Assembly (NCBI GenBank): GCA_964354935.1
Contig: CAYHBT010000004.1
Location: 1-39,203 of the forward strand
Length of the DNA stretch: 39,203 nt
Origin: an uncultured Candidatus Saccharibacteria bacterium
GTDB taxonomy: Bacteria > Patescibacteriota > Minisyncoccia > Phycocordibacterales > UBA9973
Direction of reading: 5' to 3'
Of this stretch, positions 1-9,391 are shown piece after piece (the first letter of the stretch is position 1; each line of letters begins with the position of its first letter). The notes under the pieces were generated by a model that made no database searches, was not told the origin of the DNA, and worked only from the letters and a program-made list of their open reading frames with translations. The position numbers and the translations under genes were made by a program.

Positions 1-450
1 GAAGTTTATAAAAAAGTATCAAAAGATATAGGTAGTATATCAAAAAGAGATTTATTTTTGGCTGGATTATTTTTATATTGGGGAGAGGGGACAAAAGCGC
101 AAAAAGGCTCAGTAAATCTTACTAACACAAATCCTTCCATGCTTAAATTTTTCTTGAAATGGCTAGAATTATTTGATGTAAAAAGAAAAAATCTAAAAGT
201 TAAATTACATCTTTATTCTGACATGGACATAAAAAAATATGTTGCTTTTTGGTCAAAAGAGCTTAAAATACCAATAAGCCAGTTTCGAAAGTCTTATATC
301 AAAAAAACACAGTTAAAGTCTATAACTTATAAAAATGGTTTTGGCAAAGGGACTTGCTGTGTTATGTTTGAAAATAGAGATTTATGGGAATATATAATTA
401 TGAGTTTGAAGTATATTTCCGAAATTAGCGATAAAAATCTCCACCCTTAG
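1..450 (+). CDS. LAGLIDADG-like protein, 5'-truncated by the window edge
   Basis: Frame is open from base 1 (EVYKKVSK...). AGLFLYWGEG helix followed by xNTNPxML resembles a LAGLIDADG motif. The stop codon lies inside the downstream tRNA. Confidence 0.55.
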   Translation, partial: EVYKKVSKDIGSISKRDLFLAGLFLYWGEGTKAQKGSVNLTNTNPSMLKFFLKWLELFDVKRKNLKVKLHLYSDMDIKKYVAFWSKELKIPISQFRKSYIKKTQLKSITYKNGFGKGTCCVMFENRDLWEYIIMSLKYISEISDKNLHP

Positions 451-513
451 CTCAGTTGGTAGAGCGAGCGCCTTATACGCGCCAGGTCCTTGGTTCAAGT
501 CCAAGAGGGTGGA
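441..513 (+). tRNA. tRNA-Ile (anticodon UAU)
   Basis: Acceptor CCACCCT/AGGGTGG, D arm GCTC/GAGC, anticodon loop CTTATAC (TAT at 474-476), T arm CTTGG-TTCAAGT-CCAAG. CCA is not encoded. Confidence 0.9.
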
Positions 514-573
514 CAACTTGAGACTTCTTCTTTTGGGCTTGAATATCCAAAACGAAGGAATATAATTAAAATA

Positions 574-3483
574 ATGCGCACGCTTAAACATAAATATTTA
601 TGTTTTTTGTTTGTGATATTTTTGATTACAATCGGATTTTCTTTTTTAAAACCGCAAAGCGTTTTCGCCACGGACAATTATATTGAAATACCCGCAACCT
701 CAATTTACTCTATTTCTCCGAATTATTTTGCAAAATTTTCAACCGAAGCTGATGATGTTTATCATTTGTCCGCCCTGTCTTATTTTTTTGGCACACGCAT
801 TACTTATTATAATCAATATCTTGGAACTTATCCCGATGCTTCCACAATAATCATAAGTGGAAGTGGCGATATGTTATTCTTACCTAACGAGATTCATGAT
901 ATAACATCTTTACAGAATTTTTATCTATCAAATGCTTCCACACCAGATGGCGATTATTGGATAAAATTCAATGTGACACATTCGGAAGGTGAGTGGACAG
1001 GTGTTGTGCTTCCGGATGTTTTGTATTGGAGATATTCTGTTGTAAACAATGTGCCGACGGCAGTTTCTTTTCCTCCCCAAACTTGTTCTGATGGAATAAA
1101 AAATCAAGATGAGGCGGATATAGACACAGGCGGAGTGTGCTATGTCGCTAGCGCAGAAAAATCAATTACCGCATTTGGTTTTCAAAGTTTGAGTCCTACA
1201 GTCGCTGGAGTTATTGATGAATCGAATCACACAATTTCTTTGACCGTCCCATTTGGCACAAACATCACCGCTCTCGCGCCGACCATCGCTCTCTCCACCG
1301 GAGCTTCCGTCAGCCCCGCGAGTGGAGCAGCGCAAGATTTCACCAACCCCGTCGTCTACACCGTCACCGCCGAAAATTCTTCAACGCAGGAATATACCGT
1401 GAGGGTGGTTATCGCGGATAAAATTCGCAATCCGGTGATCATTGTGCCAGGACTTTTGGGTACGGAAATAAGCAAACCGACAGAAAATGGATCGGAAAAA
1501 TTGTGGCTGGATATTTTGCGTAATATTGCCGATATCGGAGATTGGTTTATGGATTCACTACAGTTTAATGATGATTTGATTCCCTCGGATAAAAATTTAA
1601 CTATTGGAGATGTGGTTAGAAAAGCAACTACCGCTTTTGGAAATTTAACTCTTTTTGATTATAGTTTCAGCCTTGTCGAAGAATTCAAAACCCAAGGTTA
1701 CGCAGAAGGTACAGATCTTTTTCTTTTCCCATACGATTGGCGTTATGGAGTCAGTGAAAACAATGTAGATAAATTAAAACAAAAAATTTACGATGTTTTA
1801 AACGAAACTAGCGCAAAAGAAGTCGACATTATTGCTCATAGCACAGGCGGGCTTATAGTCAAAAAATATGTGGTGGAAAATCCTTCAGATAATAAAATTG
1901 ATAAGGCGGTATTTGTCGGCGTGCCAAACACTGGTGCTCCGAAAGCAATAAAAGCCTTAATTCAGGGAGATAGTTTCGGTGTTCCATTATTAGCCGACGA
2001 AGAAATGAAAAAAATTTCTAAAAATTTACCCGTTGCTTATGATCTCTTACCCAGCGAGCAATATTATAATGTCAAAGGGTCTTATGTAAAAATTATCACC
2101 AAACCTCTTTTCGCGCATACTCCCAAAGATTTAAATTTTGAAGAAGCCGACAGTTTTTTAGTCGATAATCATAAATTAAATTCTCAAGCATTGACCAATG
2201 CGCGCAATTTACACACTGCGGATTTTGATAATTACGATATGCGGACTGCCGGAATAGATTTGTACGCGCTTGATGGATGCAAGGAGGGCACGATAAGTAA
2301 ATTAGTAGAGGTGCGCCAAGATCCAGTCTTTGCCGATCCTTTTTCTACCAATCACCAGCTTGAACAAACTCTTTCTTATCAGCTCGAATATTCTCCCGGC
2401 GATAGCACTGTGCCGCTTGAAAGTTCCACAAATTTACCCATTAATACGGAAAATAAATATTACGCATTAAAAGGAAAACACAGTACAATGATGTCTCAAG
2501 AAGGGACTCGTCAAAAGATTGTAAACATCATTTCTGGGAGCGTTCTTTCTACAAAAGACAGTGAAGGGGACGATATTATCACCCAAGATATTTCAAAATG
2601 TGAACTTGACGGCCGAGCAATTTCTGTTTTCAGCCCTCTTTCGATTAGTGTCTTAGATCAAGACGGGAATCACTTAGGGCTGGCTTCAGACGGAGTAAGC
2701 ATCGAAAACGATATTCCAAATGCAAGTTTTGAAATTGTCGGCGAGCATAAATTTGTGTACTTACCGACAGATGAAGGTCAGACCTATACGATTTCTGTGG
2801 CTGGTACAGGCACGGGGACATTTACAATCACAGACGCGACAATTGTCGGAAACGACATCACTCAAACGCAGGTATTCAGCAATATTTCTGTCACACCGAG
2901 CTTGGTCGGGAATATCACTCTTTCAAATGATACCGACACAATCCTTTCGCTAGATATCGATAACAATGGAATGACCGATTTTACACTTGAACCGTCTTCT
3001 GTTTTGGATTCTACAGAATCTCAAAATTTTTTACCAGATGAGCCCTCATCTCAAAACAATTCTCAGGGAGACACATCTTCTTCGGGTTCAGGCTCAGGAT
3101 CTTTTGTTGGTGCGAGTTCTGTGTTTCCAGTTGTGCAAGACACTGCGACGATGGCAGACCAGACAGGGAATGAGCCCAGTGAACAAATAGTAGAAGTGGT
3201 TGTGGCAGAAATTGTAAAAGATAGCATAGAAATTCCTGCGCAAGTCTTGGTCGATGTAGCAGAAGGAGTTGTCATAAAAAGTACGATATCTACAAAAAAA
3301 GCAGAAAATACAGATATAAAAACAATGTCTGAGCCGGAACAAATAGAAAATTTATCTAAAGAAAATATACTTACAGCCAATGCTGCAGATGCTAAAATAC
3401 CAATAAACAATACTGTTGTTTTAATCACTATTATTGGCGCTGGCAGTATCTTTTTAGTGGCGAAAAATTTTATTAAGTTGTAA
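574..3483 (+). CDS. Large exported alpha/beta hydrolase (LCAT/PGAP1-like lipase or acyltransferase) with an Ig-like DUF5018-type domain and C-terminal membrane anchor
   Basis: Signal peptide from ATG 574 (the ORF-track start overlaps the tRNA). Motifs IIVPGLLG, FPYDWR, IAHSTGG nucleophile elbow, GxPxxG, GDSTVP. Ser-rich linker and C-terminal TM helix. Confidence 0.8.
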   Translation: MRTLKHKYLCFLFVIFLITIGFSFLKPQSVFATDNYIEIPATSIYSISPNYFAKFSTEADDVYHLSALSYFFGTRITYYNQYLGTYPDASTIIISGSGDMLFLPNEIHDITSLQNFYLSNASTPDGDYWIKFNVTHSEGEWTGVVLPDVLYWRYSVVNNVPTAVSFPPQTCSDGIKNQDEADIDTGGVCYVASAEKSITAFGFQSLSPTVAGVIDESNHTISLTVPFGTNITALAPTIALSTGASVSPASGAAQDFTNPVVYTVTAENSSTQEYTVRVVIADKIRNPVIIVPGLLGTEISKPTENGSEKLWLDILRNIADIGDWFMDSLQFNDDLIPSDKNLTIGDVVRKATTAFGNLTLFDYSFSLVEEFKTQGYAEGTDLFLFPYDWRYGVSENNVDKLKQKIYDVLNETSAKEVDIIAHSTGGLIVKKYVVENPSDNKIDKAVFVGVPNTGAPKAIKALIQGDSFGVPLLADEEMKKISKNLPVAYDLLPSEQYYNVKGSYVKIITKPLFAHTPKDLNFEEADSFLVDNHKLNSQALTNARNLHTADFDNYDMRTAGIDLYALDGCKEGTISKLVEVRQDPVFADPFSTNHQLEQTLSYQLEYSPGDSTVPLESSTNLPINTENKYYALKGKHSTMMSQEGTRQKIVNIISGSVLSTKDSEGDDIITQDISKCELDGRAISVFSPLSISVLDQDGNHLGLASDGVSIENDIPNASFEIVGEHKFVYLPTDEGQTYTISVAGTGTGTFTITDATIVGNDITQTQVFSNISVTPSLVGNITLSNDTDTILSLDIDNNGMTDFTLEPSSVLDSTESQNFLPDEPSSQNNSQGDTSSSGSGSGSFVGASSVFPVVQDTATMADQTGNEPSEQIVEVVVAEIVKDSIEIPAQVLVDVAEGVVIKSTISTKKAENTDIKTMSEPEQIENLSKENILTANAADAKIPINNTVVLITIIGAGSIFLVAKNFIKL

Positions 3484-3493
3484 TATTATATAT

Positions 3494-3793
3494 ATGAATA
3501 AAAAAATTATTTTAAATATAGTTTTATTACTTACAACTTATGTTGTGCCATTGTACACATTACATCAATATCGAAATGACTATCAAAAAATTGATTTAAG
3601 ACAATACACAGTATTTTTTATTTTATTGATTGGTTCAGTTTTGCTAACTTATTTTAATAATAAATACAGAAGACAAGAGAAGGGTCGTAAATGGCTTTGG
3701 GTAACTTTTGAGTTAGTTGGAATTTTTGGGCTACTTTTTTCTATTTTAGTTTTGTGTTTACTTTTCTCCCTAAGAAACTGCTGTGGTTTCTAA
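3494..3793 (+). CDS. Small membrane protein (about 3 TM helices)
   Basis: Hydrophobic segments; starts 10 bp after the hydrolase gene. Confidence 0.6.
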   Translation: MNKKIILNIVLLLTTYVVPLYTLHQYRNDYQKIDLRQYTVFFILLIGSVLLTYFNNKYRRQEKGRKWLWVTFELVGIFGLLFSILVLCLLFSLRNCCGF

Positions 3794-3919
3794 TTCACTT
3801 TAACTAATTAAAGTACTTTAGTTTGCTAAAGTAACTGGTGGTATGTTGCGGCGGGGTGATTTTGTGCTAGACTGCGCGGGATCAGCACCTTAATTTAACC
3901 CAAAAGAAAGGAGCCAGGT

Positions 3920-4384
3920 GTGGATTACCTTGAATTACTGGAGGGCATAAAAGCCCATCCATATGTGACCATAATCATGGCTTCCGTGATTAATGGTCGC
4001 GCCACCGCGCTAGTGGTGGGGGCGCTCGTAGGACAGGGTTTTCTCAATCCCATTGTAGCGTATTTTATTTTCGTTACGATGGATATTTTGGGAGATATCC
4101 TGTACTACTCATTTGGCCGCATCGGCCAGTTGAGCGGAACATTTCTCGTCAAAAAGAGTTGGCGAGAAAAGTTGGATCAGCTCAATGGTGGGCTGAAGAA
4201 AAATCTCTCCAAAGCACTTTTCTTTGGGAAGATCTCGATGGTCGGTTCGAAGCCGATCATAGTGGCAGCCGGCATAGCAAAAATGCCGCTGGTGAAGTTT
4301 TTAGGAATCAATGTGTCATGTACGCTAGTGTTGTTTGTAGTCTACATGCTCATTGGATACCTTTTCAGTCAATGGATTTTGTGA
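3920..4384 (+). CDS. DedA/VTT-family membrane protein
   Basis: GDILYYSFGR and VAAGIAKMPLVKF motifs; GGAG upstream of a GTG start. Confidence 0.7.
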   Translation: MDYLELLEGIKAHPYVTIIMASVINGRATALVVGALVGQGFLNPIVAYFIFVTMDILGDILYYSFGRIGQLSGTFLVKKSWREKLDQLNGGLKKNLSKALFFGKISMVGSKPIIVAAGIAKMPLVKFLGINVSCTLVLFVVYMLIGYLFSQWIL

Positions 4385-4421
4385 ACAGAGGGTTTACCTG
4401 ATGGGAACCCTCTGTTTTTTT
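4384..4421 (+). terminator. Intrinsic terminator between convergent genes
   Basis: AACAGAGGGTT...AACCCTCTGTT stem followed by a T-run. Confidence 0.75.
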
Positions 4422-4432
4422 GTTTCTTTATT

Positions 4433-4807
4433 TTATTTCGGATTATTTTCTTTCATCTGTTCTGCGCATAGAGCTATGTATTCTAATATTTTTCCCTTCC
4501 TTTCCTGTTTTTCTTGATTTTCGGGATCCTTGAGACAATCAACGAAAGCGACATAGGCATAATATAAAGCTTTTTCGAATTCTTGATTTTCTATCCTTAT
4601 ATCGATATATTCATCGACTATAGTCTGAAATTCTTTCAGTTCCAAAGGTTTTATTCTAGTTATCAATCGGGCGGTCGTGCTTATGACTCCCAAAGTACTC
4701 ATACCCTCGTTTGATACTAATTGTTCAAATTGTGAATCGATTCTGTTCTTCGGAAATGACTTGTCGTGTTTTTCTGTAAATTCATTTACAGGAAATGTAT
4801 CTTTCAT
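4433..4807 (-). CDS. Hypothetical helical protein
   Basis: 124-aa ORF with ATG start and a TATAAT just upstream; no recognised motif. Confidence 0.55.
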   Translation of the reverse strand: MKDTFPVNEFTEKHDKSFPKNRIDSQFEQLVSNEGMSTLGVISTTARLITRIKPLELKEFQTIVDEYIDIRIENQEFEKALYYAYVAFVDCLKDPENQEKQERKGKILEYIALCAEQMKENNPK

Positions 4808-4925
4808 ATGTTTATAATTATATACCGTATGAACAAATTTACAAACCGCTCGATTAAGAGTAAAACCAGCTAGGCAGGACCCAGCTAGTTTTTAATGCGA
4901 CGAGTTTCGGGTATAATGCGTTTTC

Positions 4926-5477
4926 ATGTTGCCTAAATTAAATTATATAAAATCAGATCAAATAGGGAGGGTGAGCATCGTGATTGGGTCTTCGAGCGAG
5001 GTCACCGTCAAGATGCCTTTGGGCGCCTCCCTTGAGCGGGCGAGAAGATTCGCGGAATCCAAAAGGGAATGGATAGAAAAAACTTTGGCGAAATTCAAGC
5101 GAAGAGAGAAAAGGCAAGAGGGTGCGCTGAAACTACCAAAGGGCAACAAAGCAGACTTGAAAATATACAAAGCAGAAGCGAAGAAGCTAGTGGAAGAAAA
5201 ACTTCTAGATTTTAATAAATCTTACGGATTTCAATACAAAAAGATAACCATAAGGAATACCAAGAGCCGCTGGGGTAGCGCTTCCAAAAAGGGGAATCTG
5301 AGTTTCAATTATAGGATTGCCATGCTCCCGCCCGAGCTTGCAGACTATCTAGTAGTCCACGAGCTCTGCCACTTGGGCGAGATGAACCATTCAGCCAATT
5401 TCTGGTCGCTGGTAGCAACGACCATTCCGGATTACAAAAAGAGAAGAAAAGACCTCCGCCGGGCGCGGAGTGTGTAA
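4926..5477 (+). CDS. YgjP/DUF45 (M48/SprT-like) zinc metallohydrolase
   Basis: KSRWGS and DYLVVHELCHLGEMNHSANFW (HExxH). Confidence 0.85.
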   Translation: MLPKLNYIKSDQIGRVSIVIGSSSEVTVKMPLGASLERARRFAESKREWIEKTLAKFKRREKRQEGALKLPKGNKADLKIYKAEAKKLVEEKLLDFNKSYGFQYKKITIRNTKSRWGSASKKGNLSFNYRIAMLPPELADYLVVHELCHLGEMNHSANFWSLVATTIPDYKKRRKDLRRARSV

Positions 5478-5524
5478 GGAGATTTGAATTTTGAATATTC
5501 TTAATTATCTAATATAATGAAAGT

Positions 5525-6358
5525 ATGCCTTTTCCTACTGAGCAAAAAGCAAAAAAAATTCTGGCTGATGTTAAAGTAAAACCTTATTTTAAAGATGATA
5601 ATTTCGTTTTATACAACGAAGATTCTCTTAGGGTGTTGAATGACTTAGAAGAAAACTCGGTGGATATGATATTTGCTGATCCACCATACAATCTTTCGAA
5701 TGGGGGATTTACAGTTCATGCTGGAAGAATGGTAAGTGTCAATAAGGGAATTTGGGATATCAGTAATGGTTTTGAGAACGATTATGCTTTTCACTACAAA
5801 TGGCTTGAAGCATGCAGAAGAGTCTTAAAACCCGGAGGAACTCTTTGGGTTAGTGGAACATACCATTCTATTTATCAATGTGGCTATGCAATGCAAGCTC
5901 TTGGGTACCACATACTCAATGATATTTCTTGGTTCAAACCAAATGCCTCACCGAATTTAAGCTGTCGTTTTTTTACTGCGAGCCATGAGACAATAATTTG
6001 GGCTAGAAAAGAAAAAAAAGCGAAACATACTTTCAATTATAGCGCGATGAAAGAGGGAAGTTGGCCTGAAGATCAATTAAAAAAGCCAGGGCTGCAAATG
6101 AGATCTGTTTGGTCTATGGGAACTCCAAAGCCTGCAGAAAAAAAATTTGGCAAACATCCAACACAGAAGCCCTTGGATTTACTTAAAAGAATTGTATTAG
6201 CAAGCACAAATAAGGGAGACATAATCGTTGATCCTTTTACAGGAAGTTCGACAACTGGCATAGCGGCAGCAATGCATGGCAGAAAATTCGTCGGTATTGA
6301 TACAGAAAAAAAATATTTGGATTTGTCGATTAAGAGGTTTAATGATATAAAGAAATAA
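5525..6358 (+). CDS. Beta-class N6/N4 DNA methyltransferase, DpnA(M.DpnIIB)-like
   Basis: DMIFADPPYNLSNGG near the N-terminus, HPTQKP, and DPFTGSSTTG near the C-terminus. Confidence 0.9.
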   Translation: MPFPTEQKAKKILADVKVKPYFKDDNFVLYNEDSLRVLNDLEENSVDMIFADPPYNLSNGGFTVHAGRMVSVNKGIWDISNGFENDYAFHYKWLEACRRVLKPGGTLWVSGTYHSIYQCGYAMQALGYHILNDISWFKPNASPNLSCRFFTASHETIIWARKEKKAKHTFNYSAMKEGSWPEDQLKKPGLQMRSVWSMGTPKPAEKKFGKHPTQKPLDLLKRIVLASTNKGDIIVDPFTGSSTTGIAAAMHGRKFVGIDTEKKYLDLSIKRFNDIKK

Positions 6359-6359
6359 T

Positions 6360-6887
6360 ATGAAAAAAGGAGGAGTTGGTGGCGGAAATACAAAAACAGG
6401 GATAAATTTTGAGGGCGAGGTTGATTTTTTAACTCTCATTAAAAAACAACCAGGCTATACTGTTGATGGGCATAATATCATTTATAATAAAGAAAATGTT
6501 GCGCAAGCATTTAAAAAGCATGATTTCTATGCTCATCTAAAGGAAAAGGGTATAGATTGGGAAAAACTTCTATCTGGCCAACTTCTACCAGATGATGCAA
6601 TATTTGTAATAACTAATAACACTTTTTTTATATTAGAAATCAAGTTTCAAGGTGGGTCTGGATCAACAGATGAAAAATTACAAACTTGCGATTTTAAAAT
6701 AAAACAATACCGAAAGCTTTTAGCCCAGCTCAATGTTGAGGTGCAGTTTATTTATGTACTAAATGATTGGTTCAAGGCTCAAAAATATAAAGATGTTTTA
6801 GATTACATAATAACAGTTCCCGGTTGCTCCTTTTATTTTAAATATTTACCATTACAAAAGTTGGGTCTACCAGTGCCTAAAAATTAA
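6360..6887 (+). CDS. Putative PD-(D/E)xK restriction endonuclease
   Basis: LLPDD...LEIKFQ...GSTDEKL; starts 1 bp after the MTase stop. Confidence 0.65.
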   Translation: MKKGGVGGGNTKTGINFEGEVDFLTLIKKQPGYTVDGHNIIYNKENVAQAFKKHDFYAHLKEKGIDWEKLLSGQLLPDDAIFVITNNTFFILEIKFQGGSGSTDEKLQTCDFKIKQYRKLLAQLNVEVQFIYVLNDWFKAQKYKDVLDYIITVPGCSFYFKYLPLQKLGLPVPKN

Positions 6888-6903
6888 TATTTAATTTAAA
6901 AAC

Positions 6904-7572
6904 ATGTCATCAAAAATTCAACAAACTCAAAAGAAATCATATAAAGAAATACTTAGTTCAACAGTTTCTTTTCACATACCAACTTTTCAGCGTGCATATA
7001 ATTGGAAACCAAAACAAATAGCCCAGCTATGGGATAGTGTGTTGGATAATGATAAACAATACTATATTGGTAATATTGTTGTAGTACAACACTCTACAGA
7101 AGATATTCAAGCGGGCTATTTAGTTATTGATGGTCAACAGAGATTAACTACACTTTCCCTTTTTTTAGTTGCAATAAGAAATTTTATTTCTCGTGACAAA
7201 GAAAAAGAAAAAAATAAACAACAGTTACAAAAACATAAGGATATGATGGAAGAGTTGCGTTCTTCTTTGATTTTTAGTACATCTTTTTCTGATGAGAGTA
7301 AGATAAAACTTGTTTTTTCGAAAGACAACTTATCAAGAATATATAAAAAATTAGTGTATGGTGAAACAGTAGATATTGCTTCTCTAGATGAAGCTCAGAT
7401 GAGATTTGTAAAGAATTTAAATTACATGGGGCAACTCCTGAAAGATTTTTTAAAAGAGAGTGGGGAATCGGCAAAAATAAATTCGCAAGAACGGTTCTTG
7501 CGAAAATGTTCTTGCGAAAATCTTTATACGTATCCGCCAGAGGCGGACAGGTATGCTAAAATTGGCGTGTGA
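6904..7572 (+). pseudogene. DUF262 (GmrSD-type) protein, probably C-terminally truncated
   Basis: IPTFQRAYNW and VIDGQQRLTT motifs. No DUF1524/HNH domain follows; the ORF runs into palindromic repeats at about 7482. Confidence 0.65.
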
Positions 7573-7727
7573 AAAAAACTCTCAAAAAATTCAAATTCCA
7601 AAGCAAAGTGATTGTGTGGAAAGCGGGGAATCGGGACGGGGAGGATAAGGGAGCTTGGAGGTTCGCGCGAGTGCCGGAGGATATATGTTGCGTTAGGCAA
7701 GACCTAACGCAGTCTTATTCTTCATAA
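7569..7727 (+). pseudogene. Short ORF resembling the N-terminal part of DUF1905
   Basis: GTG start after TGCTAAAAT. MKKTLKKFKFQSKVIVWK...GAWRFARVPE, interrupted at hairpin TGCGTTAGG-CAAGA-CCTAACGCA. Confidence 0.4.
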
Positions 7728-7793
7728 TTAAAATGTCAAATTTATCCACATAAATATGTTGCATATTTTGACATATTGGTGTACCATGTACTT

Positions 7794-8588
7794 ATGGCTA
7801 CAAAATATGCTTCTTTTTTAAAAAACTTACGAACAGAGAAAGGTTTTTCTCAAGAAGAAATTGCGAAAGAAATTAAAGTTTCCCGCAGTTCTTATATCAA
7901 TATCGAACAGGGCAAGAAAGAGCTTAGTCTATCGGAAGCGAGCAACCTTGCTCGCATTTTCGGTATTTCTATTGATGAATTATTAAACGGCAGGATGGAT
8001 ACTAATAAAATAATTTTCGAAAAAGATAATAAGAAAAGAGATTTAAAAGATTCAACGCCCAAAGATAGAATTTCTGTACCGCAGGAAAGAGTGGATAAAT
8101 TCAAACAAGTGTTTCTGTATATATTGTCAAAAGTAGGGGGCAAGCCAAACATCGGGCAAACTGTGCTTTACAAGTTGCTGTATTTTATTGATTTTGATTA
8201 TTATGAAAAATTTGAAGAGCAGTTGATAGGCGCTCGTTATATAAAAAATACTCATGGTCCTACTCCCGTGATTTTTCCTAAAATAATAAAAGAACTGGAA
8301 GCTAGCGGGGACATCGAAGCTATTAAAAGCAAATTTTATAAATATGATCAAACAAAATATTTAGTAAATCCAAATACTAATATTGACCTTTCAGCTTTGT
8401 CGGCGCAGGAACTAGCGCATATTGATGCGGAACTTGATAGATTGTCTGATATGACAGCAAAAAAAATATCTGACTTGTCGCACATCGATACTCCATGGAA
8501 AATAGCCAAAGAAAAGGAACAATTAGAATACGAATTTGTTTTTTATAGACCAGAAGAAACTTCTGTAGGAGAATATGAACCACTCTAA
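7794..8588 (+). CDS. XRE HTH plus Panacea (DUF4065/SocA-like) antitoxin
   Basis: N-terminal HTH (LRTEKGFSQEEIAKEI..SRSSY..IEQG). KLLYFIDF, HGPTP and SHIDTPW are Panacea motifs. Confidence 0.8.
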   Translation: MATKYASFLKNLRTEKGFSQEEIAKEIKVSRSSYINIEQGKKELSLSEASNLARIFGISIDELLNGRMDTNKIIFEKDNKKRDLKDSTPKDRISVPQERVDKFKQVFLYILSKVGGKPNIGQTVLYKLLYFIDFDYYEKFEEQLIGARYIKNTHGPTPVIFPKIIKELEASGDIEAIKSKFYKYDQTKYLVNPNTNIDLSALSAQELAHIDAELDRLSDMTAKKISDLSHIDTPWKIAKEKEQLEYEFVFYRPEETSVGEYEPL

Positions 8589-8913
8589 CTATCTGCCCGA
8601 GTTTGAAAAAGAATTTAGCAGGCTTCTCCGAAAATACAGGAGTCTAAATGAGGATATTAAAATATTCGAACGGTTTATTTTTGCGAATCCCACGGGATTA
8701 GGTAAGAATTTTGCCATTATGCACAGTGGCGAAAATTTAAAAATAGTCAAAGCTCGCATGATGTGCAAGTCTTTGCAAAATAGGAATATCAGAATTATTT
8801 ATGCGTACCATAATGATAAATTTGAATTTATGTATATCGAAATATATTGGAAGGGTGAAAAAGAGAATGAGGATAGGGAGCGTGTAAAAGACTACTTGAA
8901 AAAATTCAACTAA
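8575..8913 (+). CDS. RelE/ParE-fold toxin (putative)
   Basis: EFEKEFSRLLRKYRSL...IRIIYAY...IEIYWKG; overlaps the antitoxin stop. Confidence 0.65.
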   Translation: MNHSNYLPEFEKEFSRLLRKYRSLNEDIKIFERFIFANPTGLGKNFAIMHSGENLKIVKARMMCKSLQNRNIRIIYAYHNDKFEFMYIEIYWKGEKENEDRERVKDYLKKFN

Positions 8914-8972
8914 TTTCCAAATCTCCTTTCCTGCAAAAATCCGGTTCTAAATTTTAGTGCTATAATATCAAT

Positions 8973-9368
8973 ATGAACACATATAGTTGGTATTCACAAT
9001 TAATCAAACCCGCTTGGGCGCCGCCGAGCTGGATCTTTGGGCCGGTGTGGAGCGTGCTTTATGTTTTAATCGCTTTTTCTTTTGCTAAAGTTTTTTGGCT
9101 GGCTTGGAAAAAACGAATTCCGTTTGTCGTTGCTCTGCCTTTTATTTTAAATCTTGTTTTTAATTTTATTTTTACTCCGATTCAGTTTGGACTGCAGAAC
9201 AATCTGCTCGCAGGGCTCGACATATTGCTCGTTTTGGGGACGCTCGTCTGGGCGATGGTGGCGATATATAAATATGCGAAATGGATCACTTATATGCAAA
9301 TCCCATACTTGCTTTGGGTGAGTTTTGCTACAGTTTTACAACTGACAGTAACTTATCTTAATTTTTAG
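8973..9368 (+). CDS. tspO: TspO/MBR tryptophan-rich membrane protein
   Basis: WYSQLIKPAWAPPSWIFGPVWSVLY and PYLLWVSFA. Confidence 0.92.
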   Translation: MNTYSWYSQLIKPAWAPPSWIFGPVWSVLYVLIAFSFAKVFWLAWKKRIPFVVALPFILNLVFNFIFTPIQFGLQNNLLAGLDILLVLGTLVWAMVAIYKYAKWITYMQIPYLLWVSFATVLQLTVTYLNF

Positions 9369-9391
9369 TCTAAAAAGTTTATTTATTTTCT

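Noticed and set aside
490-573. ORF-track N-terminal extension of the hydrolase
   Set aside because: It overlaps the tRNA; the signal peptide and TATAAT support ATG 574.
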